Shown here: positions 9,015 to 18,628 of the stretch, in pieces
How positions within the stretch are numbered: the stretch's first letter is position 1
Layout of the letters: every line of letters starts with the position of its first letter
Origin: Vicinamibacterales bacterium
Lineage (GTDB): Bacteria; Acidobacteriota; Vicinamibacteria; Vicinamibacterales; SCN-69-37
Assembly (NCBI GenBank): GCA_035519535.1
Contig: DATIWF010000116.1
Coordinates: 2,953-66,952, forward strand
DNA: 64,000 nucleotides
Direction of reading: 5' to 3'
The notes under the pieces: model-generated
Databases searched by the model: none
What the model was told of the DNA's origin: nothing
Seen by the model: only the letters and a program-made list of their open reading frames with translations
Translations under genes and position numbers: made by a program

Positions 9015-10184
9015 ATGACCCGTCCACGAACCTCTCAGAAGGCTGCGCGCTTCACCGAGTCGGTCATCCGCGAGATGACCCGGCTCGCCAACCAGCACGG
9101 CGCCGTCAACCTCTCGCAAGGGTTTCCGGATTTTCCGGCCCCCGAGGCGCTGAAAACGGCCGCGTGCGACGCGATTCGCGCCGACGTCAACCAGTACGCG
9201 ATTACCTGGGGCGCGAAGCCGCTGCGCGACGCGATCGCGAAGGACTTCTCGAGCCGGCACGGCGTGCCGGTGGACCCAGAGAAGAACCTGACCGTCTGTT
9301 GCGGCTCGACCGAGGCCATGGTCTCGACGATGCTCGCCATCGTCGATCCAGGCGACGAGGTGATCGTGTTCGAGCCCTTCTACGAGAACTACGGGCCGGA
9401 CGCGATTCTCTCCGGCGCGACGCCGCGCTTCGTGCGGCTGCGCGAGCCTGACTGGTCCTACGACCCGGCCGAGCTCGCGGCCGCCTTCTCCAACCGCACG
9501 CGCGCGATCATCATCAACACCCCGAACAATCCCACGGGCAAGGTGTTCACGCGCGAGGAGCTGACCGAGATCGCGAAGCTGTGCCAGAAGTGGGGCGCCA
9601 TCGCGGTCACCGACGAGATCTACGAGCACATCCTCTTCGACGGCGCGCAGCACATTCCGATGGCGTCGCTCGACGGCATGGCCGACCGGACCGTGACGAT
9701 CAACAGCGTGTCGAAGACGTTCAGCGTTACGGGCTGGCGCGTCGGCTGGACGATCGCGCCGGCGGACATCAGCGGCGCGATTCGCAAGGTGCACGACTTC
9801 CTCACGGTCGGCGCAGCGGCGCCGCTCCAGGCGGCCGCGGCGGTCGCGCTCAACCTGCCCGGCGCCTACTACGCCGATCTGGCGGCGACGTATCGAGCGC
9901 GGCGCGACCGGCTGATGCAGATCCTCCAGCCGGCCGGCTTCGTTTGTTACGAGCCTCGCGGCGCGTACTACATCATGACGGACGTCAGCACATTCGGCTT
10001 TCCGGACGATGTCGCGTTCGCGCGGTACCTGGTCACGGAGATTGGCGTGGCCGCGGTGCCCGGCAGCAGCTTCTACGGCGACCCGCAATCGGGCCGCACG
10101 AAGGTGCGCTTCTGCTTCTGCAAGAAGGACGAAACGCTGCAGGCCGCCGATGAGCGGCTCAGCCGGCTGCGCGTGAGGAGCTGA
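9015..10184 (+). CDS. Class I/II pyridoxal-phosphate aminotransferase (YbdL / kynurenine-oxoglutarate transaminase-like)
   Basis: ATG at 9015 has AGGAG upstream. The motifs NLSQGFPDF, NTPNNPTGKVF and SVSKTFSVTGWRVGW (PLP lysine) are present. The track ORF upstream of 9015 runs through the repeat element and was discarded. Confidence 0.9.
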   Translation: MTRPRTSQKAARFTESVIREMTRLANQHGAVNLSQGFPDFPAPEALKTAACDAIRADVNQYAITWGAKPLRDAIAKDFSSRHGVPVDPEKNLTVCCGSTEAMVSTMLAIVDPGDEVIVFEPFYENYGPDAILSGATPRFVRLREPDWSYDPAELAAAFSNRTRAIIINTPNNPTGKVFTREELTEIAKLCQKWGAIAVTDEIYEHILFDGAQHIPMASLDGMADRTVTINSVSKTFSVTGWRVGWTIAPADISGAIRKVHDFLTVGAAAPLQAAAAVALNLPGAYYADLAATYRARRDRLMQILQPAGFVCYEPRGAYYIMTDVSTFGFPDDVAFARYLVTEIGVAAVPGSSFYGDPQSGRTKVRFCFCKKDETLQAADERLSRLRVRS

Positions 10185-10224
10185 ACGACAGACAGGCGCC
10201 GGGGTATTGTTCTTCCCTGCGAGC

Positions 10225-12498
10225 ATGACCATCCGATTTCGCGCGATCGCCGGCCCGCTGTGTCTCGGGATCGCCGTCTGGTGTGCATGCGGCGTCGTCG
10301 CGGTGGCCGCCGCCGACGCTGCGACGCCGCGCGTCGTCGTTCCGGCGCCGTGGTGGAGCCTGGCGCTCGGCGTGCTGGGCGCGCTTGCCGTGCCGCGCTA
10401 CCGGCACGACGTGCGATTCGCGCTGCCGGCGCTGGTTTCCACGATCCCCTGGTGGCCGATTCCGCTTCCCGCGATCGCGCTCATCTGGACTGGCCCGCTT
10501 GCCTGGGTCCCGATTGGCCTGAGCCTGTTCGCCGCCATTGGCGCCGATGGGACGCCGCCCGCTTCAGCGGCGAGTCAGGCGGCGGCGCCGCGCGGCCGGG
10601 CGGCGCTTGCGGCGCTGCTGACGGCGCTCGCCGGCGCGGGCGCGGCGTGGGCCGTCGCGCCGCGGCTGCCCGGCGGCGATGAGCCGCATTACCTGGCGAT
10701 CGCGCAGAGCCTGATGCGCGACGGCGACCTGCGCATCGAAAACAACCAGCACGACGCGGACTTCGTGGCGGCCTTTGGCGAGCTCAAGCCCGACTACATC
10801 GTGCGCGGCCGCGACGGGGCGGTGTACTCCATCCACGCGCCGGGCGTCGCCGTGCTGGTCCTTCCTGGGTTCAGGCTCGCGGGTTACCACGGCGCGCAGG
10901 CAACGGTCATCGCGACCGCCGCGTGGGCCGGCGGGCTCCTCTGGATCACGGCCTGGCGCGCGACGCGCGACCCGCGCGCGGCCTGGTTCGCCTGGGCCGC
11001 GATCGCCGGGTCGGCGACGTTGCTGCTGCAGAGCGCCATGGTGTTTCCCGACGGACCGGGCGCGCTCGCCGTGGCCGCGGGCGTGTGGCTGCTCGTGAAG
11101 TTCGAGGATGCCGACGACCCCGTCGGATCGTTCGACGTCGTGTCCGTCTCCGCCGCGCTGGCGGCGCTGCCCTGGCTGCACTCGCGGTTCTCGGTGCTCG
11201 CAGCCGGTCTCGGCACGCTCGTCGTCTGGCGGCTGCTCGCCGAGCCAGGGCGGCTGATGCCGGAACGACTGCGGCGGGTGTCGATGTTTGCGATCCTGCC
11301 GGTCGTCTCGGCGGTGGCCTGGTTCAGCTACTTCGCCGCCATCTACGGGACGCCCAATCCCGCTGCGCCGTACGGCGACACGTCGGGGCCCGACGGGACG
11401 CACCTGTCATACGCGCCGGGCGGGCTGGTCGGCCTCCTCCTCGATGAGCAGTTCGGCGTGCTCGCGTACGCACCGGTCCTGGCGGCCGCGATCCTGGGAT
11501 TCATGCGGGCCCGCCGCGACGCGACGGATCGAATCGCAGCCCTCGCAGCCGGCGCCGGTGCGCTGTACCTCGTTGCCGCGGCAACCTACTGGATGTGGTG
11601 GGCGGGCGTGCCTGCGACGCCGGCGCGCCTCGTCGCCGCCGTGCTGCCTCTGCTCGTTGTGCCGCTGGCGCGCGCCTGGGCGGACGCGACAACGAGCGCA
11701 CGGGCCGGACTCGCGATGCTGCTCGCCGTATCGCTCGCGATTTCGGCGCTCCTGCTTGGCGTCGATCGGGGACTGCTCGCGTGGAACGTTCGCGATGCCG
11801 AAGCGCGCTGGCTCGAGTGGCTCGGCCCGCTCACGAATCTGCCGCGCGGCTGGCCGTCATTCTTCTGGAGCCTCAGCCCCGGGCATCCGTGGTCGGAGAC
11901 GCCGTTCGTCATCCACGCCGCCGCGTGGGCCGGCCTGTCTGCGGCCGGCTGGGTCTTCCTCACGCGCATCGGCGCGGTCCGATCGTGGCTGGCCAGTACC
12001 GCGAGGCTTGCCGCGGTCTGGTGGCTGCTGTTGACGCTGTCCGCAGGCATCGCGGCCGGCTGGTGGCTGACCTCCGGCCGTCCGCTCGATCCGACGCGTG
12101 CGCAGCTTTCGGTGCTCGGGCGGATCGCTTCCGGGGGGCGCGCGGTTCGGCTCGATGCCTTGTCCGTGGCTCGCGTGACGTCCGCCGCAGGCGTCATGAG
12201 GATCGCGACCGAGGAAATCGGTCCGGAGGGCTCGCAGGCCTGGGCGACGTTCGCGGATGTGCCGGCGGGCAACTATCGCGTGCGCGTCCAGCTCTCGCGC
12301 CCGGAGGCGGGCGCCGTCATCGTCACGGTCGAGGGCGCCGCGCCCGTCGAGCAGGCGTTTCTTCTCCAGCCGCTGTCGGAGCAGACGTTCAGCCTGACCC
12401 TCCCGGCCGGTGCGACGCGGCTCGTCATCGCGCCCGATCGGGCGCTCAGGAGCGTCCAGGGCGTCATCGAGATCGAGCCGCTGACCGTGGGTCAGTAG
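10225..12498 (+). CDS. Large polytopic membrane protein, GT-C-like glycosyltransferase candidate with soluble C-terminal domain
   Basis: About 757 aa with many TM helices. The first-loop motif GGDEPHYLAIAQSLMRDGDL is reminiscent of the DExxY loop of ArnT/PMT-type GT-C enzymes. The family call is inferred. Confidence 0.65.
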   Translation: MTIRFRAIAGPLCLGIAVWCACGVVAVAAADAATPRVVVPAPWWSLALGVLGALAVPRYRHDVRFALPALVSTIPWWPIPLPAIALIWTGPLAWVPIGLSLFAAIGADGTPPASAASQAAAPRGRAALAALLTALAGAGAAWAVAPRLPGGDEPHYLAIAQSLMRDGDLRIENNQHDADFVAAFGELKPDYIVRGRDGAVYSIHAPGVAVLVLPGFRLAGYHGAQATVIATAAWAGGLLWITAWRATRDPRAAWFAWAAIAGSATLLLQSAMVFPDGPGALAVAAGVWLLVKFEDADDPVGSFDVVSVSAALAALPWLHSRFSVLAAGLGTLVVWRLLAEPGRLMPERLRRVSMFAILPVVSAVAWFSYFAAIYGTPNPAAPYGDTSGPDGTHLSYAPGGLVGLLLDEQFGVLAYAPVLAAAILGFMRARRDATDRIAALAAGAGALYLVAAATYWMWWAGVPATPARLVAAVLPLLVVPLARAWADATTSARAGLAMLLAVSLAISALLLGVDRGLLAWNVRDAEARWLEWLGPLTNLPRGWPSFFWSLSPGHPWSETPFVIHAAAWAGLSAAGWVFLTRIGAVRSWLASTARLAAVWWLLLTLSAGIAAGWWLTSGRPLDPTRAQLSVLGRIASGGRAVRLDALSVARVTSAAGVMRIATEEIGPEGSQAWATFADVPAGNYRVRVQLSRPEAGAVIVTVEGAAPVEQAFLLQPLSEQTFSLTLPAGATRLVIAPDRALRSVQGVIEIEPLTVGQ

Positions 12499-12537
12499 TT
12501 GGGGGCAGACCGGGGTCAGGCCCCGTCCGACCTCGCC

Positions 12538-13395
12538 CTAGTACCGCAGCGCGGCGCCGAACCAGAGGCCCTGGAATTTCAGGTTGCCGCGGTCGCCCGA
12601 CAACCCCAGCGTCGTCGTCATCTTGCGCCAGCCGACCTGCACGCCGACGTTCTCCGTGAAGTTGATCGTGCCGTCGATGTCCAGGTCGTAGTACGTGGCC
12701 GATGTGTCCTTGATGAGCGACGCGGGCAGGTGGAGGGCGTTCAGGTTGAACATGCTGAGGTCGAAGTTCACGGCCAGATACGGCAGCGGGTAGCCGCGCC
12801 CGACGAAGCCGAAGGCCGGCAGCGGCGCGCGCGCCGTCGTGAATTCGTTGGCGATCGGCGACTTCAACGTCGCGTCAAACGTCGTGTAGCGCCCCTCGAG
12901 CAGGACGCCCGCATAGCCGCGCGACTTGTACAGGAAGTCGTACTCGTAGCCGAAGCGCATGACGTCCCAGTTGAGCTCCGAGGTGACCGGCACCGCGATC
13001 GGATACAGGATCCCGTTGAAGACGATGTTGCGGCGGAAGGTCGTGCTTGCCGTGTAGTTCGCCGGCGTGTACTGGAACCGCAGCTTGTGCTTCTTCGCAG
13101 GCCGGACGACGACGCGCAGGTCCTTGAAGCGCGTCTGCTGGTAGCCCAGGTCGCTCGTCAGATCGATGTCCGATCCGACGATGCCGAACTGATCGCTCGA
13201 GATCTGGCCGAACAGGGTCGGGTTCCACAGCGAGCCGGCGACCTCGACGTGGTACTTCTCGCCGATGGCGCCCGAGGACCCGCCGCCGAAGCGATCCTGC
13301 GCGCTCGCCGGCTGCGCGAGCCACAGCGCCGCGGCGGCGAGGCCGACCAGAGCCATCACGTGCGGGCGCGACGTGTTCTGAGGCCGAAAACGCAT
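12538..13395 (-). CDS. Outer-membrane beta-barrel protein (unknown family)
   Basis: ATG at 13395 has GGGAGG 9 nt upstream. Signal peptide ...ALWLAQPASAQ is followed by alternating amphipathic beta-strand sequence and a C-terminal aromatic residue (..GAALRY). Confidence 0.7.
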   Translation of the reverse strand: MRFRPQNTSRPHVMALVGLAAAALWLAQPASAQDRFGGGSSGAIGEKYHVEVAGSLWNPTLFGQISSDQFGIVGSDIDLTSDLGYQQTRFKDLRVVVRPAKKHKLRFQYTPANYTASTTFRRNIVFNGILYPIAVPVTSELNWDVMRFGYEYDFLYKSRGYAGVLLEGRYTTFDATLKSPIANEFTTARAPLPAFGFVGRGYPLPYLAVNFDLSMFNLNALHLPASLIKDTSATYYDLDIDGTINFTENVGVQVGWRKMTTTLGLSGDRGNLKFQGLWFGAALRY

Positions 13396-13411
13396 TGTTA
13401 TACTGCCTCCC

Positions 13412-15181
13412 ATGCTTCGGGCGCTTGCGCGCCTCCTGCCGTACGTCCGGCGAACGCGTCGCCAGATGATCGCCGGTCTGCTCTGCATTCTCGCGGCGAC
13501 CGCGCTCTCACTCGCGTCGCCGTGGCTGCTCAAGTACGTCATCGACGGCCTGTCGCAGGGACTCAGCCGGCGCCAGATCGGCCTCTACGCTGCGGCGATG
13601 CTCGCCCTGGCGATAGCCGACGGCGGGTTTCGATACCTGATGCGCAAAGTGCTTATCGGCGCATCCAGGCAGATCGAATATGACCTGCGCAACGATTTCT
13701 TCGCGCACCTCGAGCGCCTGCCGCTGGCCTACTTCCAGGCCAACCGCACTGGTGATCTCATGTCCCGTGCCACCAACGATCTCGGCGCCGTGCGCATGAT
13801 GGTGGGCCCTGCGGTGATGTACTTCAGCAGCACCGCGCTCGGATTTGTAATCGCGATCGCATTGATGGCGGTCATCGACTGGCGCCTCACGCTGGTCGCG
13901 CTCCTGCCGCTGCCGGGGGTCACGATCGCCACGCACTACTTCGGGCGCGCGAGTCACGATCGGTTCGAGCGCATCCAGGCGCAGCTGTCCGAGCTCAGCG
14001 CCGTGGTGCAGGAGGCGCTGGCGGGCGTCCGGGTCGTCCGCGCGTACCGGCAGGAGCGCTTCGAGCTCGGGCGGTTTCGCGAGGCCAACGACGAGTACGT
14101 CCGCCGGAATCGCGGCCTGATCCGGCTGCAATCGGGGTTCTACCCGAGTCTCACGCTGTGTTTCGGGCTGAGCGGCTTGCTCGTGCTGTGGCTGGGCGGG
14201 CGCGACGTCATCGCCGGACGATTGACGCTCGGCGCGTTCGTCGCCTTCATGCGGTACCTGGTGCTGCTCAGCTGGCCCCTCATCGCGTTTGGCTGGGTCA
14301 TCAACATCGTACAGCGCGGCGTCGCCTCGTGGGAGCGGATGCTCGAGGTGATGGACGCGCCGGCCGCGGGTGCGGACGCCGCGAGGGCGTCGGTCCCGCC
14401 GCTCACGGGCCGGCTCGACGTGAGGCGGCTCACGTTTCGCTATCCGTCGGCCGCGACCAACGCGCTCGAGGACGTGTCGTTCTCGCTCGCGCCCGGCCGC
14501 ACGGTCGCGCTCGTCGGCGCCACCGGCTCGGGCAAGTCCACGCTCGTCAACCTGCTGCCGCGTCTGCACGAGCCGCCGCCGGGCACGGTCTTCGTGGACG
14601 ACATGGACGTGCGATCCGTTCCGCTCGATCACCTCCGGCGCGCGATTGGCGTCGTGCCGCAGGAGCCCTTTCTGTTCTCCGACACGGTCGGCGGGAACGT
14701 CGCGTTCGGGCTGGACGACGCCCTCGACCAGGACGCCGCACGGGCGCGCGTCGCCGAGGCGGTGGCGACCGCCGGGCTGTCCGCGGACGTCGCCGGCTTT
14801 CCCCACGGCCTGGACACCGTCGTGGGCGAACGCGGGATCACGCTGTCGGGCGGGCAGAAACAGCGCGTTGCGATCGCGCGCGCGCTGGCGATCGACCCGC
14901 GCGTGCTGGTCCTCGACGACGCGCTCTCGGCGGTCGACACGGCGACGGAGGAGGCGATTCTGCACCGGCTGCGCGCGGTCCGACGATCGCGCGCGTGCCT
15001 CATCGTGTCGCACCGCGTCTCGACCGTGCGCGACGCCGACGAGATCGTCGTCCTCTCCGCCGGCCGCGTCGCCGAACGCGGCACCCACGACACGCTCGTC
15101 GCCGCCGGCGGGCTCTACGCCGACATGCACCGGCGCCAGTTGCTGGAGGAGGAAATGCGACAGTGGGGCGGGACGCCGTGA
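13412..15181 (+). CDS. ABC exporter, fused permease/ATPase (MdlA-like half transporter)
   Basis: 589 aa with a 6-TM domain, Walker A GATGSGKST, signature LSGGQKQR and Walker B LVLDDALS. Confidence 0.9.
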   Translation: MLRALARLLPYVRRTRRQMIAGLLCILAATALSLASPWLLKYVIDGLSQGLSRRQIGLYAAAMLALAIADGGFRYLMRKVLIGASRQIEYDLRNDFFAHLERLPLAYFQANRTGDLMSRATNDLGAVRMMVGPAVMYFSSTALGFVIAIALMAVIDWRLTLVALLPLPGVTIATHYFGRASHDRFERIQAQLSELSAVVQEALAGVRVVRAYRQERFELGRFREANDEYVRRNRGLIRLQSGFYPSLTLCFGLSGLLVLWLGGRDVIAGRLTLGAFVAFMRYLVLLSWPLIAFGWVINIVQRGVASWERMLEVMDAPAAGADAARASVPPLTGRLDVRRLTFRYPSAATNALEDVSFSLAPGRTVALVGATGSGKSTLVNLLPRLHEPPPGTVFVDDMDVRSVPLDHLRRAIGVVPQEPFLFSDTVGGNVAFGLDDALDQDAARARVAEAVATAGLSADVAGFPHGLDTVVGERGITLSGGQKQRVAIARALAIDPRVLVLDDALSAVDTATEEAILHRLRAVRRSRACLIVSHRVSTVRDADEIVVLSAGRVAERGTHDTLVAAGGLYADMHRRQLLEEEMRQWGGTP

Positions 15182-16983
15182 ACGACGACGTCCTCGGCAA
15201 GGCGTACGACGCGCGGCTGATGAGGCGGCTCCTCGTGTACCTGCGGCCGCATGTCGCCGCCGTCTGCGTGGCGTTCGTGGCGATCGCGGGCGGATCAGCG
15301 GTTGATTTGGCCCAGCCGTGGCTGACGCAGCAGGCGATCGATCGCTTCATATCGACGGGCGACACGGCCGGCCTGGCGCGACTGGCGCTCGTGTTCCTCG
15401 TGCTGTTGATGGTCGGGTTCGTGTGCGATTACGGCCAGACGTTCGTCCTGCAGACGACCGGACAGAAGATCATGCACACGCTGCGCATGCAGGTGTACGC
15501 GCACCTGCAGCGACTCGACCTCAAGTTCTACGACCGCCACCCGGTCGGGCGGCTGATGACGCGCGTCACGACCGACGTGGACGCGCTCAACGACCTGTTC
15601 GCGTCCGGCGTCATCACGGTCTTTGGCGACGTGTTCGTCCTGACCGGCATCATCGTCATGATGCTCGTGATGAGCTGGCGGCTGGCGCTCGTCGCCTTCG
15701 TCGTGCTGCCGGGCATCGCCTGGGTGACCGCGTGGTTCCGCCGCAACGTCCGCGAATCCTACCGTGAGATCCGCGGCCTGGTCGCCCGGTTGAACGCCTT
15801 CCTCCAGGAGCACATCACGGGCATCGCGACCGTCCAGCTCTTCGCCGAGGAGCCGCGCACGTTCCGCCGGTTCGACGCGATCAACCGCAGCCACCGCGAT
15901 GTGAACATCACGTCCATCTTCTTCTACGCCGTCTTCTACCCGGCGATCGAGATCCTGGCCGCGATCTCCGGCGCGCTGGTCATCTGGATCGGCGGCGGCT
16001 GGGCCGAGCACGGCATCGTGTCCGTGGGCGTGCTCGTCGCCTTTCTGCAGTACTCGCGGCGGTACTTCCAGCCCATCAGCGACCTGTCGGAGAAGTTCAA
16101 CATCCTGCAGGCCGCGATGGCGGCCTCCGAACGGATCTTCGCGCTGCTCGACACGCCGGTCGAGCTCGCCGTGCGCGCGGCGCCCGTGCGTCGGCCCGCC
16201 GGCTCGCCCGGCCGCATCGAGTTCGACCATGTGTGGTTCGCCTACGAGGGCGACCACTACGTGCTGCGCGACGTGTCCTTCGTCATCGAGCCCGGCCAGC
16301 GCGTCGGAATCGTCGGGGCGACGGGGTCGGGCAAGACGACGCTCATCAGCCTGCTCCTGCGCTTCTACGACGTCAATCGCGGACGCATCCTCGTGGACGG
16401 CGTGGACGTGCGGGATCTGGATCCGGCCGACCTGCGCGGCCTGTTCGGCCTCGTCCTGCAGGACGTGCACCTGTTCACCGGGACGATCGCGAGCAACGTG
16501 CGACTCGGCCGGGACGACATCAGCGACGAGGCGATTCGGAAGGCCGCGCGCGCCGTGCATGCCGACGCATTCATCAACGCGCTGCCCGGGGGCTTCGAGG
16601 CCGCGGTGGCCGAGCGCGGCGCGACCCTGTCGGTGGGGCAGAAGCAGCTGCTGGCCTTTGCGCGCGCCCTGGCCTTCGAGCCTGCCGTCCTGGTCCTCGA
16701 CGAGGCGACCTCGAGCATCGATACCGCCACCGAGGCCCTCATCCAGGACGCGCTCCACGCGTTGATGGCCGGGCGCACCGTGCTGGCGATCGCGCACCGG
16801 CTGTCGACCATCCAGGACATGGACGCCATTCTCGTCCTGCACAAGGGAGAGCTCTGCGAGCAGGGCACGCATCAGGCGCTGCTGGCGCGCCGGGGGCTCT
16901 ACTACCGGCTCTATCAGCTTCAGTTCCGGGACCAGGCCGTCGCCGGGGCCGTCGGGGCAGGCGCGGCGGGCGAGGCTACTTGA
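15178..16983 (+). CDS. ABC exporter, fused permease/ATPase (MdlB-like partner)
   Basis: GTG at 15178 overlaps the upstream stop (GTGA). Walker A GATGSGKTT, signature LSVGQKQL and Walker B LVLDEATS are present. Confidence 0.9.
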   Translation: MNDDVLGKAYDARLMRRLLVYLRPHVAAVCVAFVAIAGGSAVDLAQPWLTQQAIDRFISTGDTAGLARLALVFLVLLMVGFVCDYGQTFVLQTTGQKIMHTLRMQVYAHLQRLDLKFYDRHPVGRLMTRVTTDVDALNDLFASGVITVFGDVFVLTGIIVMMLVMSWRLALVAFVVLPGIAWVTAWFRRNVRESYREIRGLVARLNAFLQEHITGIATVQLFAEEPRTFRRFDAINRSHRDVNITSIFFYAVFYPAIEILAAISGALVIWIGGGWAEHGIVSVGVLVAFLQYSRRYFQPISDLSEKFNILQAAMAASERIFALLDTPVELAVRAAPVRRPAGSPGRIEFDHVWFAYEGDHYVLRDVSFVIEPGQRVGIVGATGSGKTTLISLLLRFYDVNRGRILVDGVDVRDLDPADLRGLFGLVLQDVHLFTGTIASNVRLGRDDISDEAIRKAARAVHADAFINALPGGFEAAVAERGATLSVGQKQLLAFARALAFEPAVLVLDEATSSIDTATEALIQDALHALMAGRTVLAIAHRLSTIQDMDAILVLHKGELCEQGTHQALLARRGLYYRLYQLQFRDQAVAGAVGAGAAGEAT

Positions 16984-17443
16984 TGGCGGGCGCGGTGTTC
17001 TTCGGGTTCCAGCCGAGGCGCAGGACGGTCAGGACGATGTCGCGGCGCCCGAATTCCACCGCCTCGTCGCAGTTCCACATGTAGAGATCGACGTGGCGTC
17101 CCAGCACCTTGGGCCCGGTGTCCATCACCGTGTAGATCCCGCGGTATTGCTCGGGCACGCCGTCCACGGAGACGACCGATCCCTCGGGCAGGAGGACCTC
17201 GTCCGCCGCCGCAATCCCCGCCTGCACGTCGACGCCGGACGATGTCGTCTGGCCGCGGCAGTAGGCGGTGGCGATGAAGTCCAGCCGTTGACCGGCCGTG
17301 ACTTTGCCCCGCGCGTCGGCCATCGGATTGATGCGCGACGTGTTGCGCGAGTCAATCACCGTGGCGTCGTACAGAAGCACGACCGCGGCGGCCGTCAGGA
17401 CCGTCGCCAAGAGCTTCCGCCGAAAGGAGCGCGAGAGCAGCAT
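16976..17443 (-). CDS. 3D-domain protein (MltA/RlpA-like double-psi beta-barrel), membrane-anchored
   Basis: 155 aa with an N-terminal TM segment. The sequence ATAYCRGQTTSSGV...GSVVSVDG...YTVMDTGPKVLGRHVDLYM is typical of the 3D domain. Confidence 0.75.
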   Translation of the reverse strand: MLLSRSFRRKLLATVLTAAAVVLLYDATVIDSRNTSRINPMADARGKVTAGQRLDFIATAYCRGQTTSSGVDVQAGIAAADEVLLPEGSVVSVDGVPEQYRGIYTVMDTGPKVLGRHVDLYMWNCDEAVEFGRRDIVLTVLRLGWNPKNTAPAIK

Positions 17444-17558
17444 CGGGGTCTGGGGACGCCTCTAGCGTAACGGGTGACGACGGTGAAACGGAAGCGAATA
17501 CGCGCGCCCGGCGAGGACAATCAAGTAATTGAAAACAAAGGGATTACAGAAATCGAAC

Positions 17559-17596
17559 GCGCCCGGACCGGGAGGCCAGACTCGGGTGGCGGGCGC
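17559..17596 (-). terminator. Possible thiL terminator hairpin
   Basis: GCGCCCG...CGGGCGC forms an imperfect stem just after the thiL stop. On the minus strand it is followed by a T-rich run (gttcgatttctgtaatccctttgttttc). Confidence 0.35.
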
Positions 17597-17617
17597 TCGG
17601 GTTTGTCGGCCGGCCGG

Positions 17618-18628
17618 TCAGAAGTGTGCGAAACCCTGGCCCAGGGGCTCGAGCGTTCCGCCGCGGTCGAGCCAGACACCCGGTTCGGCCGTGAGCCGGC
17701 CCACGTGCGTCAGGCCGACGTCGCTGCAGAGGCGGCCGGCCGCGCGGAAAGCCCCGCGCCAGCGCGGCCGCACCGCAAACAGCAGCTCGTAGTCCTCGCC
17801 GCCGGAGACAGCGAGCGCCAGCGCGTCGCCATGCGTGCGCTGCGCCCACGATCGGGCGCCGGGATGAACCGGAACCCTGGCTGCATCGATCACGGCACCG
17901 GTGTGACTCGCCGCGGCGATTTGCCTCACGGCATCGGCGAGCCCGTCGGAGAGGTCCATGCAGGCGGCGGCAGCGCGCGCGCGGCCCATGGCCGTGCCGC
18001 AGCGCAGCCGCGCGTCAGGCCGTTCGTACCGGGCGACGCACTCGGCCTCCTCGGGCTGCAGCTCCGGCCGCTTCGCGCCGGTGCTGAGCATCGCCAGGCC
18101 AGCGGCGGCGGCGCCCACCGTGCCGGTCAGATACAGCTCGTCACCGGGCCGGCCGCCGTCCCGACGGAGGACTCGGCGCCGGTGGACCGACCCGAGCGCG
18201 ATCGAGTCCGCGACGAGCGGTCCGGGGGATCGCGAGAGGTTGCCGCCGACGAGCGGCGCGCCGGCACGCGAGGCCAGCGCGAGGAACGCGTCGATGAACT
18301 CGTCGAACTCGCGGAGCGGCAGGTCCGGCGGCAGGGCCAGCGAGAGCAGCGACGCGCGCGGCGTCGCGCCCATCGCCGCCAGGTCGCTCAGACTCACGGC
18401 GAGCGCCTTGTGTCCGACCGCCGCGAGGGGCGTCCAGTCGCGCCGGAAGTGCACGGTCTCGACGAGCGAGTCGGTCGTGACGACCGTCAGCTCGCCCCGC
18501 AGCGGCTCGATGACCGCCGCATCGTCGCCGATGCCGATTGGAATCCACGCCGGCGGAGATCCGGCGCGCGCGCGCAGGCGTTCGATGAGACCGTGTTCGC
18601 CGACTGAAGCGACCGTCGCGTCACTCAT
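17618..18628 (-). CDS. thiL: Thiamine-monophosphate kinase
   Basis: 336 aa with GEHGLIERL, IGIGDDAAVI, VVTTDSLVETVHF and GHKALAVSLSDLAAMGA motifs. Confidence 0.9.
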   Translation of the reverse strand: MSDATVASVGEHGLIERLRARAGSPPAWIPIGIGDDAAVIEPLRGELTVVTTDSLVETVHFRRDWTPLAAVGHKALAVSLSDLAAMGATPRASLLSLALPPDLPLREFDEFIDAFLALASRAGAPLVGGNLSRSPGPLVADSIALGSVHRRRVLRRDGGRPGDELYLTGTVGAAAAGLAMLSTGAKRPELQPEEAECVARYERPDARLRCGTAMGRARAAAACMDLSDGLADAVRQIAAASHTGAVIDAARVPVHPGARSWAQRTHGDALALAVSGGEDYELLFAVRPRWRGAFRAAGRLCSDVGLTHVGRLTAEPGVWLDRGGTLEPLGQGFAHF

